From assembly GCA_963838925.1 (NCBI GenBank), contig CAWISW010000002.1, positions 224,001 to 288,000 of the forward strand: a stretch of 64,000 bases of DNA, in the 5' to 3' direction. Below, one piece after another: positions 34,708 to 44,739 of the stretch. How positions within the stretch are numbered: the stretch's first letter is position 1; the number at the start of each line of letters is the position of its first letter. The notes below the pieces were generated by a model, which saw only the letters and a program-made list of their open reading frames with translations, was not told where the DNA came from and searched no databases. The position numbers and the translations under genes are program-made. This DNA comes from an uncultured Nitrososphaerota archaeon (GTDB lineage: Archaea > Thermoproteota > Nitrososphaeria > Nitrososphaerales > Gagatemarchaeaceae).

Positions 34708-36150
34708 GTGACCACTTTTGGCAGCGATCTCAAGCTGTCTCCGCTCTCGCTCAAAGCTGAACGGCTCCTAACCAAGGACTCTCCCAGCACCCTCTTCGTC
34801 AAGGTCCAAGACGAGTTCGAGAGCGCGTTCCTCCTGGAGTCCGCGATAGGGGCTAGGAGGCTGGCGGAGTACTCGTTCATAGGATTCGAGCCTCAGACGG
34901 CCGTTACCGTAAAGGACGGCGTCCTGAGGACCAAGTCCATCGACGGCGCGAAGGACAGCATGAAGACAAAGGACCCGCTCAAGGACCTGAGGCAGCTCGT
35001 CGCCGCTCAGGGGTCTCCAGATCTCACCGCCCGCAGCCCCTTCCGGTTCGTAGGGGGCGCCGTCGGGTACATCTCATACGACTCGGTCCGCTACTGGGAG
35101 CGCATCCCGACAAAGGCGAAGGACGACCTTTCCCTCCCCGACATGGAGTTCGGGATCTACACCGACGGGATAGTCTTCGACCACATCAACAAGGGGGTCC
35201 ACTACTACTCGCTGGGCCGGGCCAACAGGCTGAAGGAGGTCGAGTCGCTCCTGAGGCGGAGCGCCGCAGATCAACACGGTGGACTCACCGCGCCAAACGA
35301 CGCGAGGCCCACGGTCGAGAAGGAGAAATTCAAGGCCATGGTCGAGACCGCCAAGAGGCAGATCACCGCCGGGGACATCTTCCAGGTCGTCCTATCGAAG
35401 CGCTACGACTTCGAGCTCCAGGGCGACCTTTCCATGTTCTACCAGGCGCTCAGCCAGATCAACCCCTCCCCCTACATGTACTTCCTGAAGTTCGGAGAGA
35501 CCAAGATAGTAGGCTCGAGCCCTGAGATGCTCGTCCGCGTCGAGGACCGCCGGGTCGAGACGTTCCCGATCGCCGGGACGCGCCCCCATCTCGCTGACGC
35601 GAAGGAGAACGCCAAGCTCACGAAGGAGATGCTCAAAGACCCGAAGGAGAGAGCCGAGCACACGATGCTGGTCGACCTCGCGAGGAACGACGTCGGAAGG
35701 GTTGCGAGGTACGGGAGCGTCAAGGTCCCGGAGATCTTCACGGTCCAGCAGTTCAGCCACGTGCAGCACATAGTCTCCCGCGTCGTCGGGACGCTAAGGG
35801 AGGAGTTCGACTCGTACGACGCGATGCGCGCGATGTTCCCCGCGGGCACCGTCTCGGGAGCCCCCAAGCCCCGGGCCATGGAGATAATCGAGGAACTAGA
35901 GCCAGTGAGGAGGGGGCCCTATGCCGGCGCGCTGGGCTACTTCTCCTTCAACGGGAACGCGGACTTTGCCATAACCATCAGGACGCTCGTGGCGAGGGGC
36001 ACCAAGTGCAGCATCCAGTCGGGCGCTGGCATCGTAGCCGACTCCGACCCGGAGAAGGAGTGGCACGAGACCGAATCCAAGGCGGCCGGCCTCATGAAAG
36101 CGGTCGAGAGCGCGACGGGCCGCAATCTCATCGGGGAGGGGAAGGATTGA
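34708..36150 (+). CDS. trpE: Anthranilate synthase component I
   Basis: FLLESA, GDIFQVVLS, NPSPYMY, GSSPE, PIAGTR, EHTMLVDLARND, PAGTVSGAPK. Confidence 0.97.
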   Translation: MTTFGSDLKLSPLSLKAERLLTKDSPSTLFVKVQDEFESAFLLESAIGARRLAEYSFIGFEPQTAVTVKDGVLRTKSIDGAKDSMKTKDPLKDLRQLVAAQGSPDLTARSPFRFVGGAVGYISYDSVRYWERIPTKAKDDLSLPDMEFGIYTDGIVFDHINKGVHYYSLGRANRLKEVESLLRRSAADQHGGLTAPNDARPTVEKEKFKAMVETAKRQITAGDIFQVVLSKRYDFELQGDLSMFYQALSQINPSPYMYFLKFGETKIVGSSPEMLVRVEDRRVETFPIAGTRPHLADAKENAKLTKEMLKDPKERAEHTMLVDLARNDVGRVARYGSVKVPEIFTVQQFSHVQHIVSRVVGTLREEFDSYDAMRAMFPAGTVSGAPKPRAMEIIEELEPVRRGPYAGALGYFSFNGNADFAITIRTLVARGTKCSIQSGAGIVADSDPEKEWHETESKAAGLMKAVESATGRNLIGEGKD

Positions 36151-36731
36151 AGGTCCTGGTAATCGACAACTACGACTCGTTCGTCTACAACCTCGCCCAG
36201 TACGTGGGGGAGCTTGGCGGCGACCCACAGGTCTTCAGGAACGACGAGATCACAATGGCGCAGGTTCGCGACATGGCCCCCGACCGCATCATCATCTCCC
36301 CGGGCCCCGGACATCCGGCGGACAGGCACTACTTCGGCGTCTGCGAGCGCGTCCTGCAGGAGGTCAGCCCCAGCGTCCCCACCCTCGGGGTGTGCCTTGG
36401 ACACCAGGGGATAGGCACCTCTTTCGGGGGGACAGTGAGCGGCGCCACCCGGCTTATGCACGGCAAGACCAGCATGATAGTCCACGACGGGCAAGGGCTG
36501 CTCAAGGGGGTGAAGAACCCGTTCGAGGCGACCCGCTACCACTCCCTCGCCATCCAGAAGGACGACATCCCCGCGGAGCTCAGGGTCACCGCTCTCTCCA
36601 TGGACGACGCCGAGATTATGGGCGTAAGGCACAGGAAGTACCCCATCGAGGGCGTCCAGTTCCACCCAGAGTCGATCATGACGGGCGAGGGAAAGAAGAT
36701 AATCCGAAACCTACTCAGGGGACAGCGATGA
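36147..36731 (+). CDS. trpG: Anthranilate synthase component II
   Basis: IDNYDSF, ISPGPG, GVCLGHQ, RYHSL, QFHPES; TTG start. Confidence 0.96.
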   Translation: MKVLVIDNYDSFVYNLAQYVGELGGDPQVFRNDEITMAQVRDMAPDRIIISPGPGHPADRHYFGVCERVLQEVSPSVPTLGVCLGHQGIGTSFGGTVSGATRLMHGKTSMIVHDGQGLLKGVKNPFEATRYHSLAIQKDDIPAELRVTALSMDDAEIMGVRHRKYPIEGVQFHPESIMTGEGKKIIRNLLRGQR

Positions 36732-37804
36732 CTGCCGTCCAGGGGGCCATCCAGCTCATACTCGACGGGAGTGACCTGTCCGCCGAGACCATATCGGGGT
36801 GCCTGAGGGAGATAGTCGACGGGACGGCGACACCTGCCCAAATCGCGGGGCTACTCGTCGGGCTCAGGAAGAAGGGGGAGACCGTGGACGAGATCGCCGC
36901 GTTGGCCTCCGGCCTGAGGGGCTACTCGACCATGAAGGACCGCCCCCGGGTGAGGGGAAGGATGGTCGACACATGCGGGACCGGCGGCGACGCCGTCAAG
37001 ACGCCCAACGTCAGCACGATGTCGTCGTTCGTCGCCGCAGGGGCGGGGGCGGTGGTCGCAAAGCACGGCGGGAGGTCTGTCACGAGCAAGTCGGGGAGCG
37101 CCGACGTCCTCGAGAGGCTGGGGTTCAACCTCGCGATGGAGCCCTCTCGAGTGAAGGACTCGATAGAGCAGCTGGGGATAGGGTTCATGTTCGCGCCCGC
37201 CTTTCATCCCGCGATGAGACAGGTGGCGCCCGTCAGGAAGGAACTTGGGGTGAGGACGGTCTTCAACCTCATGGGGCCGCTGATCAACCCGGCCAGAGTC
37301 GACGCCCAGCTCGTCGGGCTCTACTCGCCCACCCTCGTCCCTCAGGTGGCCGCCGTGCTTGGGAAGCTAGGCCTCCAAGAGGCGATGGTTGTCCACGGGT
37401 TAGAGGGCGTCGACGAGATCTCCGTGACGGGGAGGACCCTCGTATCTCACCTCAAGGACGGCGAGATTGCCACGCGCGAGTACATCCCGCGGGAATTCGG
37501 GCTCCGCGAAGGGCCTCTCATCCCCCCGAAGAGCCCGGCGGACGCCGAGGAGGGGGCGATGCTCGCGCTGTCCATCCTGGGCGGGGACGCGCAGGAGAGG
37601 GACTGCGGCGCGCAGATGGTGCTCGTTAACAGCGCCGTGTGCCTTGTCCTGGCACAGAAGGCGACCACCTTCGGAGAGGGCATCGAGCTTGCGGCAGACT
37701 CGATAAAGAGCGGCAGGGCTATGAGCAAGCTCGAACAGACCGTGAAGTTCAGCGGCGGGAGCCTGGAGGCAGCGAGGGAGAGATATGCAAAGCAGAAGGG
37801 CTGA
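36728..37804 (+). CDS. trpD: Anthranilate phosphoribosyltransferase
   Basis: DTCGTGGD, KHGGRSVTSKSGSAD, RTVFNLMGPL. Confidence 0.96.
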   Translation: MTAVQGAIQLILDGSDLSAETISGCLREIVDGTATPAQIAGLLVGLRKKGETVDEIAALASGLRGYSTMKDRPRVRGRMVDTCGTGGDAVKTPNVSTMSSFVAAGAGAVVAKHGGRSVTSKSGSADVLERLGFNLAMEPSRVKDSIEQLGIGFMFAPAFHPAMRQVAPVRKELGVRTVFNLMGPLINPARVDAQLVGLYSPTLVPQVAAVLGKLGLQEAMVVHGLEGVDEISVTGRTLVSHLKDGEIATREYIPREFGLREGPLIPPKSPADAEEGAMLALSILGGDAQERDCGAQMVLVNSAVCLVLAQKATTFGEGIELAADSIKSGRAMSKLEQTVKFSGGSLEAARERYAKQKG

Positions 37805-38621
37805 ATCAAACTTCATCTTCACCCTGGCCGCTTCGGCTGCCAAGACCATCGAGGAGGGCTACTACCAAGACCTGGGGGAGACGCCCGACACCGGGATGGA
37901 GCATAGGAGCCTGAAGGAGTCGATCCTTCGCTCGAGGTTCACACCCCTCCTCGCCGAGATCAAGTTCACATCACCCGCCGAGGGGAAGCTGAGGCCGGCA
38001 GGGGACGTGAAGAAGATAGCCCGCTCTTACGAGCGCGGAGGCGTCTCGGGGATATCCGTCCTCACAGAGCCCAAGCACTTTGAGGGCGACATCCGCTATC
38101 TGCCGCTGGTCAAAAAGTCGGTGAAGGTCCCGGTCCTGATGAAGGACATAATCATAGACCCGGTCCAGATAGACGCCGCTGCGCGGATGGGAGCGGACGC
38201 TGTCCTGTTCATTGCCGCCATCTTCATGAACAGGCTCTCGAGGATGAGCCTCGAGAAGATGTTCTCGCGCGCGCGCATCAGGGGCCTTGAGGTCCTCTTC
38301 GAGGCGCACACGGAGAACGAGTACATGTTCGCGCTCGAGTCGGAGGCGGACGTTGTGGGGATCAACAACCGGGACCTCGACACCCTCGAGGTCTCTCTAG
38401 CGACCTCAAAGCACCTGCTCGCAAGCGGCAAGGACAGGAGGGAGCGCCTCAAGATGATGGGGAAGGACAAGCTTGTGATATCGGAGAGCGGGATAAACTC
38501 CAGGCGAGAGATAGACGAGCTCCGCGAACTTGGCGCGGACGGCTTCCTGGTCGGCTCGGCCTTCATGAAGTCCACAGACATAGAGGCCAAGGTGCGGTCG
38601 CTGACGGGGGCATCAAGATGA
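37785..38621 (+). CDS. trpC: Indole-3-glycerol phosphate synthase
   Basis: AEIKFTSP, ISVLTEP, GINNRDL, ISESGI. Confidence 0.95.
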   Translation: MQSRRAESNFIFTLAASAAKTIEEGYYQDLGETPDTGMEHRSLKESILRSRFTPLLAEIKFTSPAEGKLRPAGDVKKIARSYERGGVSGISVLTEPKHFEGDIRYLPLVKKSVKVPVLMKDIIIDPVQIDAAARMGADAVLFIAAIFMNRLSRMSLEKMFSRARIRGLEVLFEAHTENEYMFALESEADVVGINNRDLDTLEVSLATSKHLLASGKDRRERLKMMGKDKLVISESGINSRREIDELRELGADGFLVGSAFMKSTDIEAKVRSLTGASR

Positions 38622-39295
38622 CGCGCGTCAAGATCTGCGGGCTCACCAGGGAGGAGGACGTCGACGCGGTGGTCGACGCGGGTGCAGACGCGGTGGGGTT
38701 CATCTCGGGCATCTCGAGCTCGCCCAGGAACATCGCAATGTCGAGGGCCGCCGCGCTCGTCTCGAGGGTCCCCCTCTTCGTGACCTCCGTACTGGTCACG
38801 ACGGGCGAGGCGCTCGTGGAGAACTCGGACGCGGTCAAGCGGATGGCACCCAAGACCATCCAGCTCTACGGGAGCCTCTTCTCGCCCGAGACGGTGAGGA
38901 ACTCGTTCCACGCGTACCTCCTGAAGCCTTTCCCCGTTCCGAGGCAGGAGAGCGCCAACGACGGCGCGGACATCCCGCCAAAGGCGAAGGAGGCGGTCAG
39001 GGGCTACGACGCCCTCCTCACGGACACCTACCAGAGGGGACGCGACGGGGGGACGGGGCTGACGTCAGACTGGACCGTGTGCGCCGCGATCCGCAAGACC
39101 ATCGCTCCGACCCCTATGATACTCTCGGGGGGGCTGAGGCCTGAGAACGTTGAGCTCGCGATATCCACCGTAGCCCCGTTCTGCGTCGACGTCTCCTCCG
39201 GAGTGGAGTCCGCCCCGGGGGTCAAGGACCCCGCCAAGGTCAGGGCGTTCATGAGCAAGGCCAATCAGTCGGGGGAGCGGCAGGTGGCCCGGTAG
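38618..39295 (+). CDS. trpF: Phosphoribosylanthranilate isomerase
   Basis: VKICGLT, GGTG, LSGGL, VDVSSGVE. Confidence 0.95.
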   Translation: MTRVKICGLTREEDVDAVVDAGADAVGFISGISSSPRNIAMSRAAALVSRVPLFVTSVLVTTGEALVENSDAVKRMAPKTIQLYGSLFSPETVRNSFHAYLLKPFPVPRQESANDGADIPPKAKEAVRGYDALLTDTYQRGRDGGTGLTSDWTVCAAIRKTIAPTPMILSGGLRPENVELAISTVAPFCVDVSSGVESAPGVKDPAKVRAFMSKANQSGERQVAR

Positions 39296-40507
39296 ATGGC
39301 TAGACCAAAGAGGCGCGCCACTGGCAAGGAGGACTATCCGACCAACGGGCGCTTCGGGGTGTTCGGGGGCCAGTTCGTCCCCGAGACCCTCGTCCCAGCA
39401 GTACAGGAGCTCGAGAAGGCGTACCTTTCAGCCCGGAAGGACAAGAAGTTCCTTGCGGAGCTGGACCGGCTGCTCCACGACTTTGCGGGAAGACCCACGC
39501 CCGTCTACTTTGCCTCCAACCTCACCGCCTACGCCGGGGGAGCCAAGATCTTCCTCAAGAGGGAGGACCTCCTCCACGGCGGGGCCCACAAGATCAACAA
39601 CACGATCGGTCAGGCGCTCCTCGCGAAGAGGATGGGGAAGAATCGCATCATCGCCGAGACTGGAGCCGGGCAGCACGGAGTCGCGACGGCGATGGCCTGC
39701 GCGGCGCTAGGCCTGAAGGCCGAGGTGTACATGGGCTCAGAGGACATCGAAAGGCAGAAGCTGAACGTCTTCAGGATGAAGCTCCTTGGGGCTGAGGTCC
39801 ACCCCGTCGAGAGCGGCTCCCGCACCCTCAAGGACGCGATAAACGAGGCCCTCAGGGACTGGGTCACCAACGTCGCGACCACCTACTACCTCCTCGGCTC
39901 GGTCGTCGGGCCCCATCCATACCCGGTCATGGTCAGGGACTTCCAGAGCGTCATCGGGCGAGAAGTGAGGGCTGATTTCAAGAAGAGGGGACGCCTCCCG
40001 GACGCGGTGGTGGCCTGCGTCGGCGGGGGCAGCAACTCCATGGGAAGCTTCCACGCGTTCATCGGCGACAAGGGGGTCAAGCTTTACGGAGTCGAGGCCG
40101 GCGGGACCGGGACGGGCAAGAACGCCGCCTCGCTCATCGAGGGGCGGAAGGGCGTCCTCCACGGGATGCTCACCTACGTCCTCCAGGACGAGAACGGGCA
40201 GGTGAGGAGCACGGAGAGCATCTCGGCGGGGCTCGACTACCCGGGCGTCGGTCCCGAGCACTCCTACCTGAAGGACAGCGGGCGGGCGACGTACGTCACG
40301 GTCTCCGACGACGAGGCTGTGGAGGCCTTCCACCTCGTCTCGAGGAAGGAGGGGATCATCCCCGCCTTGGAGTCCGCCCACGCCGTCGCCTTCGCCGTCA
40401 AGCTCGCGAAGGAGATGAAGAAGACCCAGTCCATCGTCGTCACCCTCTCAGGGAGGGGCGACAAGGACGTCCACACAATCGCCAAGCGGTCGGGCTTCGA
40501 GCTTTGA
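39296..40507 (+). CDS. trpB: Tryptophan synthase beta
   Basis: [28 protein letters not shown]. Confidence 0.97.
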   Translation: MARPKRRATGKEDYPTNGRFGVFGGQFVPETLVPAVQELEKAYLSARKDKKFLAELDRLLHDFAGRPTPVYFASNLTAYAGGAKIFLKREDLLHGGAHKINNTIGQALLAKRMGKNRIIAETGAGQHGVATAMACAALGLKAEVYMGSEDIERQKLNVFRMKLLGAEVHPVESGSRTLKDAINEALRDWVTNVATTYYLLGSVVGPHPYPVMVRDFQSVIGREVRADFKKRGRLPDAVVACVGGGSNSMGSFHAFIGDKGVKLYGVEAGGTGTGKNAASLIEGRKGVLHGMLTYVLQDENGQVRSTESISAGLDYPGVGPEHSYLKDSGRATYVTVSDDEAVEAFHLVSRKEGIIPALESAHAVAFAVKLAKEMKKTQSIVVTLSGRGDKDVHTIAKRSGFEL

Positions 40508-41313
40508 GCCCCATCTCGTCCGTCTTCAAGGGGCTCCACGATGAAGGAGCGCTCGTCGCCTACGTGATGGGGGGAGACCCCGACCTGATCACCTCCGCCG
40601 CCGTGATAGACGCCGTCGTAAGGGGAGGCGCCGACATCGTGGAGGTCGGCATCCCCTTCTCTGACCCCATCGCGGACGGCAAGTCGATCCAGGCCGCAGA
40701 CGTCCGCTCGCTCGCAGCGGGAACGACGCCCGCCCAGGTGCTCGACCTGATCAACGCAGCCAAGTCGCGCAACCCGAGAGTGCCGATAGTCGCCATGACC
40801 TACTACAACATCCTCTACTCCAACGGCCTTGAGAAGTTCCTTGAGGACGCGAAACACCACGGGGTGGACGGGCTCATAATCCCAGACCTCCCCTTCGACG
40901 AGATCCGGGACTACGCCCCGCTGGCCAAGCGCCACGGGCTGGACGCCGTCCTCCTAGCGGCGCCGACGAGCACCCCGGCACGGCTGAAGGCGATCGCCAA
41001 GCACACTTCGGGGTTCCTCTACCTGGTCTCCCTCACGGGCGTGACGGGCGCGAGGTCCGCCGTCCAGGAGAGCACGGTCGCGCTGATCCGATCGGTCAGG
41101 AGATACGCGAAGGGAGTGCCTCTCGGGGTGGGGTTCGGTATCTCCACGCCGGAGCACGTCCGTGCAATCCTCGCCGCCGGCGCCGACGCGGTCGTCGTGG
41201 GGAGTGCGATCGTCGACAGGGTCGCCAGCTCCCAGAAGGACGGCCCGGCGAGGATGCTCGCGAACGTAGAGAGCTACGTGCGCTCCTTGAAGGCGGCCAC
41301 CAGGGGAGCCTAG
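40504..41313 (+). CDS. trpA: Tryptophan synthase alpha
   Basis: [22 protein letters not shown]. Confidence 0.97.
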   Translation: MSPISSVFKGLHDEGALVAYVMGGDPDLITSAAVIDAVVRGGADIVEVGIPFSDPIADGKSIQAADVRSLAAGTTPAQVLDLINAAKSRNPRVPIVAMTYYNILYSNGLEKFLEDAKHHGVDGLIIPDLPFDEIRDYAPLAKRHGLDAVLLAAPTSTPARLKAIAKHTSGFLYLVSLTGVTGARSAVQESTVALIRSVRRYAKGVPLGVGFGISTPEHVRAILAAGADAVVVGSAIVDRVASSQKDGPARMLANVESYVRSLKAATRGA

Positions 41314-42188
41314 GCTGCCTTCTCCGCCGCGCTGTATATTTCCCTGATGACCGCGCTCGCCCTCTTGCCGGTCTTGTAGGTCTTCGAGAGCCTCGAGAAC
41401 CGCTCGTCGAAGGCCTTCCAGTCCGAGTCCTCCACGGTTGCGAGGACGCCCTTGAGCTCGCGCATCGCAGCGCGGGCTACCTTCCCGGTGTAGGCGTTGC
41501 CTGCCTGGATGGAATACGAGAGCCGGGCGTCCTGCGCGAGTACCGCCTCTGCCAGGGTGAGCTGCATCGACGAGTTGGGGGTCGAGACCCTCATGAACTC
41601 GTCAGGGGTGAGGAACTGCGACACAGTACCAGCGTAGACCATGTTGAGGAGGTGCGTCAGCGACAGCACGACGGCCATCGACCTGTCGTGCTCCTTGCGG
41701 CCCATGGGGACTATCCTCGCTTCCGGGAAGAGCTTCCTCGCGAGGGCAGGCTCCGTCCGCTCTGCACCCCCCTCCTTGGTGGTGATCACCGCGATCTTCA
41801 TCCCCTTCTTCGACTCGAGGGCGGGCCCGAAGAGCGGATGGATTGACAGCAGCCTGGCACGCTTCCCGAGAAGCTCCCTCAGCGCGGGAAGCGTGTCACC
41901 CTTCACGGACGACATCTCCACCAGCGTGGAGCCTGGCTTCAGCCGTCCCGCCACCTCCTTCGCGACCTTCAGTGTGCCGTCCATAGGGACGGCGATTATC
42001 GTGACGTCGCAGCCCCTGACCGCGTCGGAGTTCGTCTCGCAAGGCACGAATCTCCCACAGCCGCCAGATACGGGCTCTCTCTTGCCCCGTCCTGGGTCTG
42101 ATCCCCTGACGGTCGCCCCCTTCTCGAGGAAGTACCGGACGAAGAAGGAGCCCATCCCGCCCGACGCGCCGAGCACGGCGACCCTCAA
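41310..42188 (-). CDS. tyrA: Prephenate/arogenate dehydrogenase
   Basis: GASGGMG Rossmann fold, SSVK, HPLFGP, EHDRSMA..LTH; TTG start at 42188. Confidence 0.9.
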   Translation of the reverse strand: MRVAVLGASGGMGSFFVRYFLEKGATVRGSDPGRGKREPVSGGCGRFVPCETNSDAVRGCDVTIIAVPMDGTLKVAKEVAGRLKPGSTLVEMSSVKGDTLPALRELLGKRARLLSIHPLFGPALESKKGMKIAVITTKEGGAERTEPALARKLFPEARIVPMGRKEHDRSMAVVLSLTHLLNMVYAGTVSQFLTPDEFMRVSTPNSSMQLTLAEAVLAQDARLSYSIQAGNAYTGKVARAAMRELKGVLATVEDSDWKAFDERFSRLSKTYKTGKRASAVIREIYSAAEKAA

Positions 42189-43609
42189 CTCAGAAGTTCG
42201 CCTATCTTCCTCATCCCCGCGGTTATCGTCTCCTGCGGCTGGCCGAGCGAGAGCCTGAAACACCTCGGGTAGTCGCCGAAGCCCGTCCCCGGGCTGATGG
42301 TCACGCCCTTCTTCTCGAGGAGCTCCATCGCGAAGGCGGACGAGTCGAAGGCCGGGTCCCTGGCCTGGGGGAAGGCGTAGATCGCGCCGTCGGGCTTCAC
42401 GATCTCGAGCGCCCCTATCTTCTCCAGCTCCAGGGTGGTGGCGTCGATCCGCTCCTTCATGACCCTGGAGTTGCGCGACACCTCGTCGTGGCACTCCAGG
42501 GCCTTCGCGGCCCCGCGCTGTATGAACTCAGGCACGCACGTGATCATCAGCCCCAGGATCTTCAGCATCCTCGCGCTCGTCTCCGCCGGGGCTAGAGAGT
42601 ACCCGACCCTGAACCCGGTCATGCTCCAGGCCTTGGAGAACGACGAGGTGAGGATGTATCGCTTCGGGAGGTCCTCTAGGATGGTGGGGCAGGGCTTGTA
42701 CGCGTAGTCGTTGTAGATCTCGTCGCTTATCACCGTGAGGCCGCGCTCGTCGGCGATCTCGACTATCTCCTTGAACCTCGCCTTGCTCATTATCCTCCCC
42801 GTGGGGTTGGCCGGGTAGCTGAGCACGATGGCCTTAGTGTTGGGTCTTATCGCCGCCTTCACCCTCTCCGGGGACGGTTCCCACATCTCCTCCATCGTCG
42901 TGTGTATCGTGATCGCCCGCGCCCCGATGTAGTCGAGCCCCTCCTTGTACGCCGGCCAGTTCGGCTCGACCACGATGACGCTGTCCCCCTCAGAGGCCAC
43001 GGTGGCTAGCGCGGAGTACACGGCGAACCTCCCGCCGGGTGTGACGAGAAGCTGGTTGTCCGCCGCCTCCCTGTAGCGGTATCGGGTCGCCAGGTGGGTG
43101 CGCAGCGCGTCGAGGAGCTCCGGGATTCCCCTCCCGACGGTGTAGTACGTCTTGTACGAATAGAGCGCGTTGGACACCGCGTCGAGGACCGCCTTCGGCG
43201 GGCGAAAGTCCGGCTCCCCCACGTCGAGGCGGATGAGCTTCTTCCCGCTCCTCTCTATCTCGGTGGCCTTGGCCATCATCACCATCGGCGTGATCAGCGG
43301 TTGCTGCTTGCCCCCTCCGTGCGCGCGCTGGGCCTTCTTGGACTCTTTGAGCAGGGTGCTCAGGATCTTTGCCCCGAGCTCCTGGTCGAGGCCCAGCCTC
43401 TTGCACTCCCTGATGACGTCCTCGAGGAGCGCGTCCTCCACCTTCTCGTTGTCTATCGGGAGCGACTCCCTGCTCTTGACCTCGCCGATCTTCTTCGCGA
43501 GCCCCGCCCTCTTGGCCACGAGCTTGATGATCTCCTTGGTGGTTGCCGCCACCTCTTCGCGCAGTTCCTGGAGCTCCGCCCCTGCCTGCTCCGCTTCGCT
43601 ACTTGTCAA
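42185..43609 (-). CDS. Chorismate mutase (AroQ)-class I/II aminotransferase fusion
   Basis: N-terminal LQELREEV...KRAGLAKKIGEVK; then GEPDF, NPTG, SDEIY, SFSKAWSMTGFRVG. Confidence 0.85.
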   Translation of the reverse strand: MTSSEAEQAGAELQELREEVAATTKEIIKLVAKRAGLAKKIGEVKSRESLPIDNEKVEDALLEDVIRECKRLGLDQELGAKILSTLLKESKKAQRAHGGGKQQPLITPMVMMAKATEIERSGKKLIRLDVGEPDFRPPKAVLDAVSNALYSYKTYYTVGRGIPELLDALRTHLATRYRYREAADNQLLVTPGGRFAVYSALATVASEGDSVIVVEPNWPAYKEGLDYIGARAITIHTTMEEMWEPSPERVKAAIRPNTKAIVLSYPANPTGRIMSKARFKEIVEIADERGLTVISDEIYNDYAYKPCPTILEDLPKRYILTSSFSKAWSMTGFRVGYSLAPAETSARMLKILGLMITCVPEFIQRGAAKALECHDEVSRNSRVMKERIDATTLELEKIGALEIVKPDGAIYAFPQARDPAFDSSAFAMELLEKKGVTISPGTGFGDYPRCFRLSLGQPQETITAGMRKIGELLS

Positions 43610-44735
43610 GGCTCTTCCCCCTTCCTCCAAGGACGGGTGAGATAAAGCCGGCTCTTATCGCGTGGTCCGCGAGCACAATCGCCGTGCAGCACTCGACTAT
43701 GGGCACCGCGCGAGGGACGACCACGGGGTCGTGCCTCCCTGGCACAACCATCTCCACCTGCCTCTTCTTCGCGAGGTCGACGGTCTTCTGCCTCTTCGCG
43801 ATCGAAGCGGGCGGCTTGAAGGCGAGCCTGTACACGAGGGGCATCCCGCTGGAGACGCCTCCGATTATCCCGCCCGAGTTGTTGGTCTCGGTGGAGACCC
43901 GCCCGCTCTTGTCGATGTAGTACTGGTCGTTGTTCTCGCTGCCCTTCAGCCGTGCGGAGGAGAAGCCAGAGCCGAACTCCACGCCTTTCACCGCGGGGAT
44001 GGAGAGCGCCATCTGGGCGAGGTCGGAGTCCAGCGAGTTGAAGACCGGTTCCCCCAGGCCGATGGGGAGGTTGAGGGCCACGCACTCCACGATGCCGCCC
44101 AAGCTGTCTCCCTCTCCCCTGCTCTTGATCACCATCTGCTTCATCCTCTCGGCGAGCTTGAGGTCGGGGCTCCTCACGTCGTTGGAGTACCTGTTCTTCC
44201 GGGCGTCGTCGAGGGTGAAGCCCTCCGCCCTCAGCCCCCCCAGCTCGAGGGTGTAGGCGATTATCTCGATCCCAAGCGTCTCCTTCAGGAGCTTCTTGGC
44301 GACCGCCCCCGCCATGACGAAGCCTGCCGTCACCCTCGCGGAGGCCCTCCCGCTGCCTCTGTAGTCGTTGAAGCCCCCGTACTTTGTGCGGTGCGTCAGG
44401 TCGGCGTGGCTGGGTCGGGGGGTGTTGACCATCGCCTCGTACGAGCGCGAGTCGACGTCGAGGTTCCGGATCATCATCATGACAGGGGCTCCGGTCGTGC
44501 GCCCGTTGAAGACCCCCGACATTATCTCGACGACGTCCCCCTCCTTCCTCTGCGTCGTCACTATGGACTGGCCCGGCCTCCTGAGGTCGAGGTCGGGCTG
44601 GATGTCGCCCTCGGAGAGCGCCAGCCCGGCGGGCACCCCATCGACCACGGTCCCTACCCCCTTACCGTGGCTCTCGCCGAAGCTCACGACGACGAACCTC
44701 TCGCCGAATATGTTGCCTGGCATCCCTCTCGCCAC
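43599..44735 (-). CDS. aroC: Chorismate synthase
   Basis: GESHG, RRPGQS, PRPSHAD, SIPAVKGVEFG, GRHDP. Confidence 0.96.
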   Translation of the reverse strand: MARGMPGNIFGERFVVVSFGESHGKGVGTVVDGVPAGLALSEGDIQPDLDLRRPGQSIVTTQRKEGDVVEIMSGVFNGRTTGAPVMMMIRNLDVDSRSYEAMVNTPRPSHADLTHRTKYGGFNDYRGSGRASARVTAGFVMAGAVAKKLLKETLGIEIIAYTLELGGLRAEGFTLDDARKNRYSNDVRSPDLKLAERMKQMVIKSRGEGDSLGGIVECVALNLPIGLGEPVFNSLDSDLAQMALSIPAVKGVEFGSGFSSARLKGSENNDQYYIDKSGRVSTETNNSGGIIGGVSSGMPLVYRLAFKPPASIAKRQKTVDLAKKRQVEMVVPGRHDPVVVPRAVPIVECCTAIVLADHAIRAGFISPVLGGRGKSLDK

Positions 44736-44739
44736 TCCA

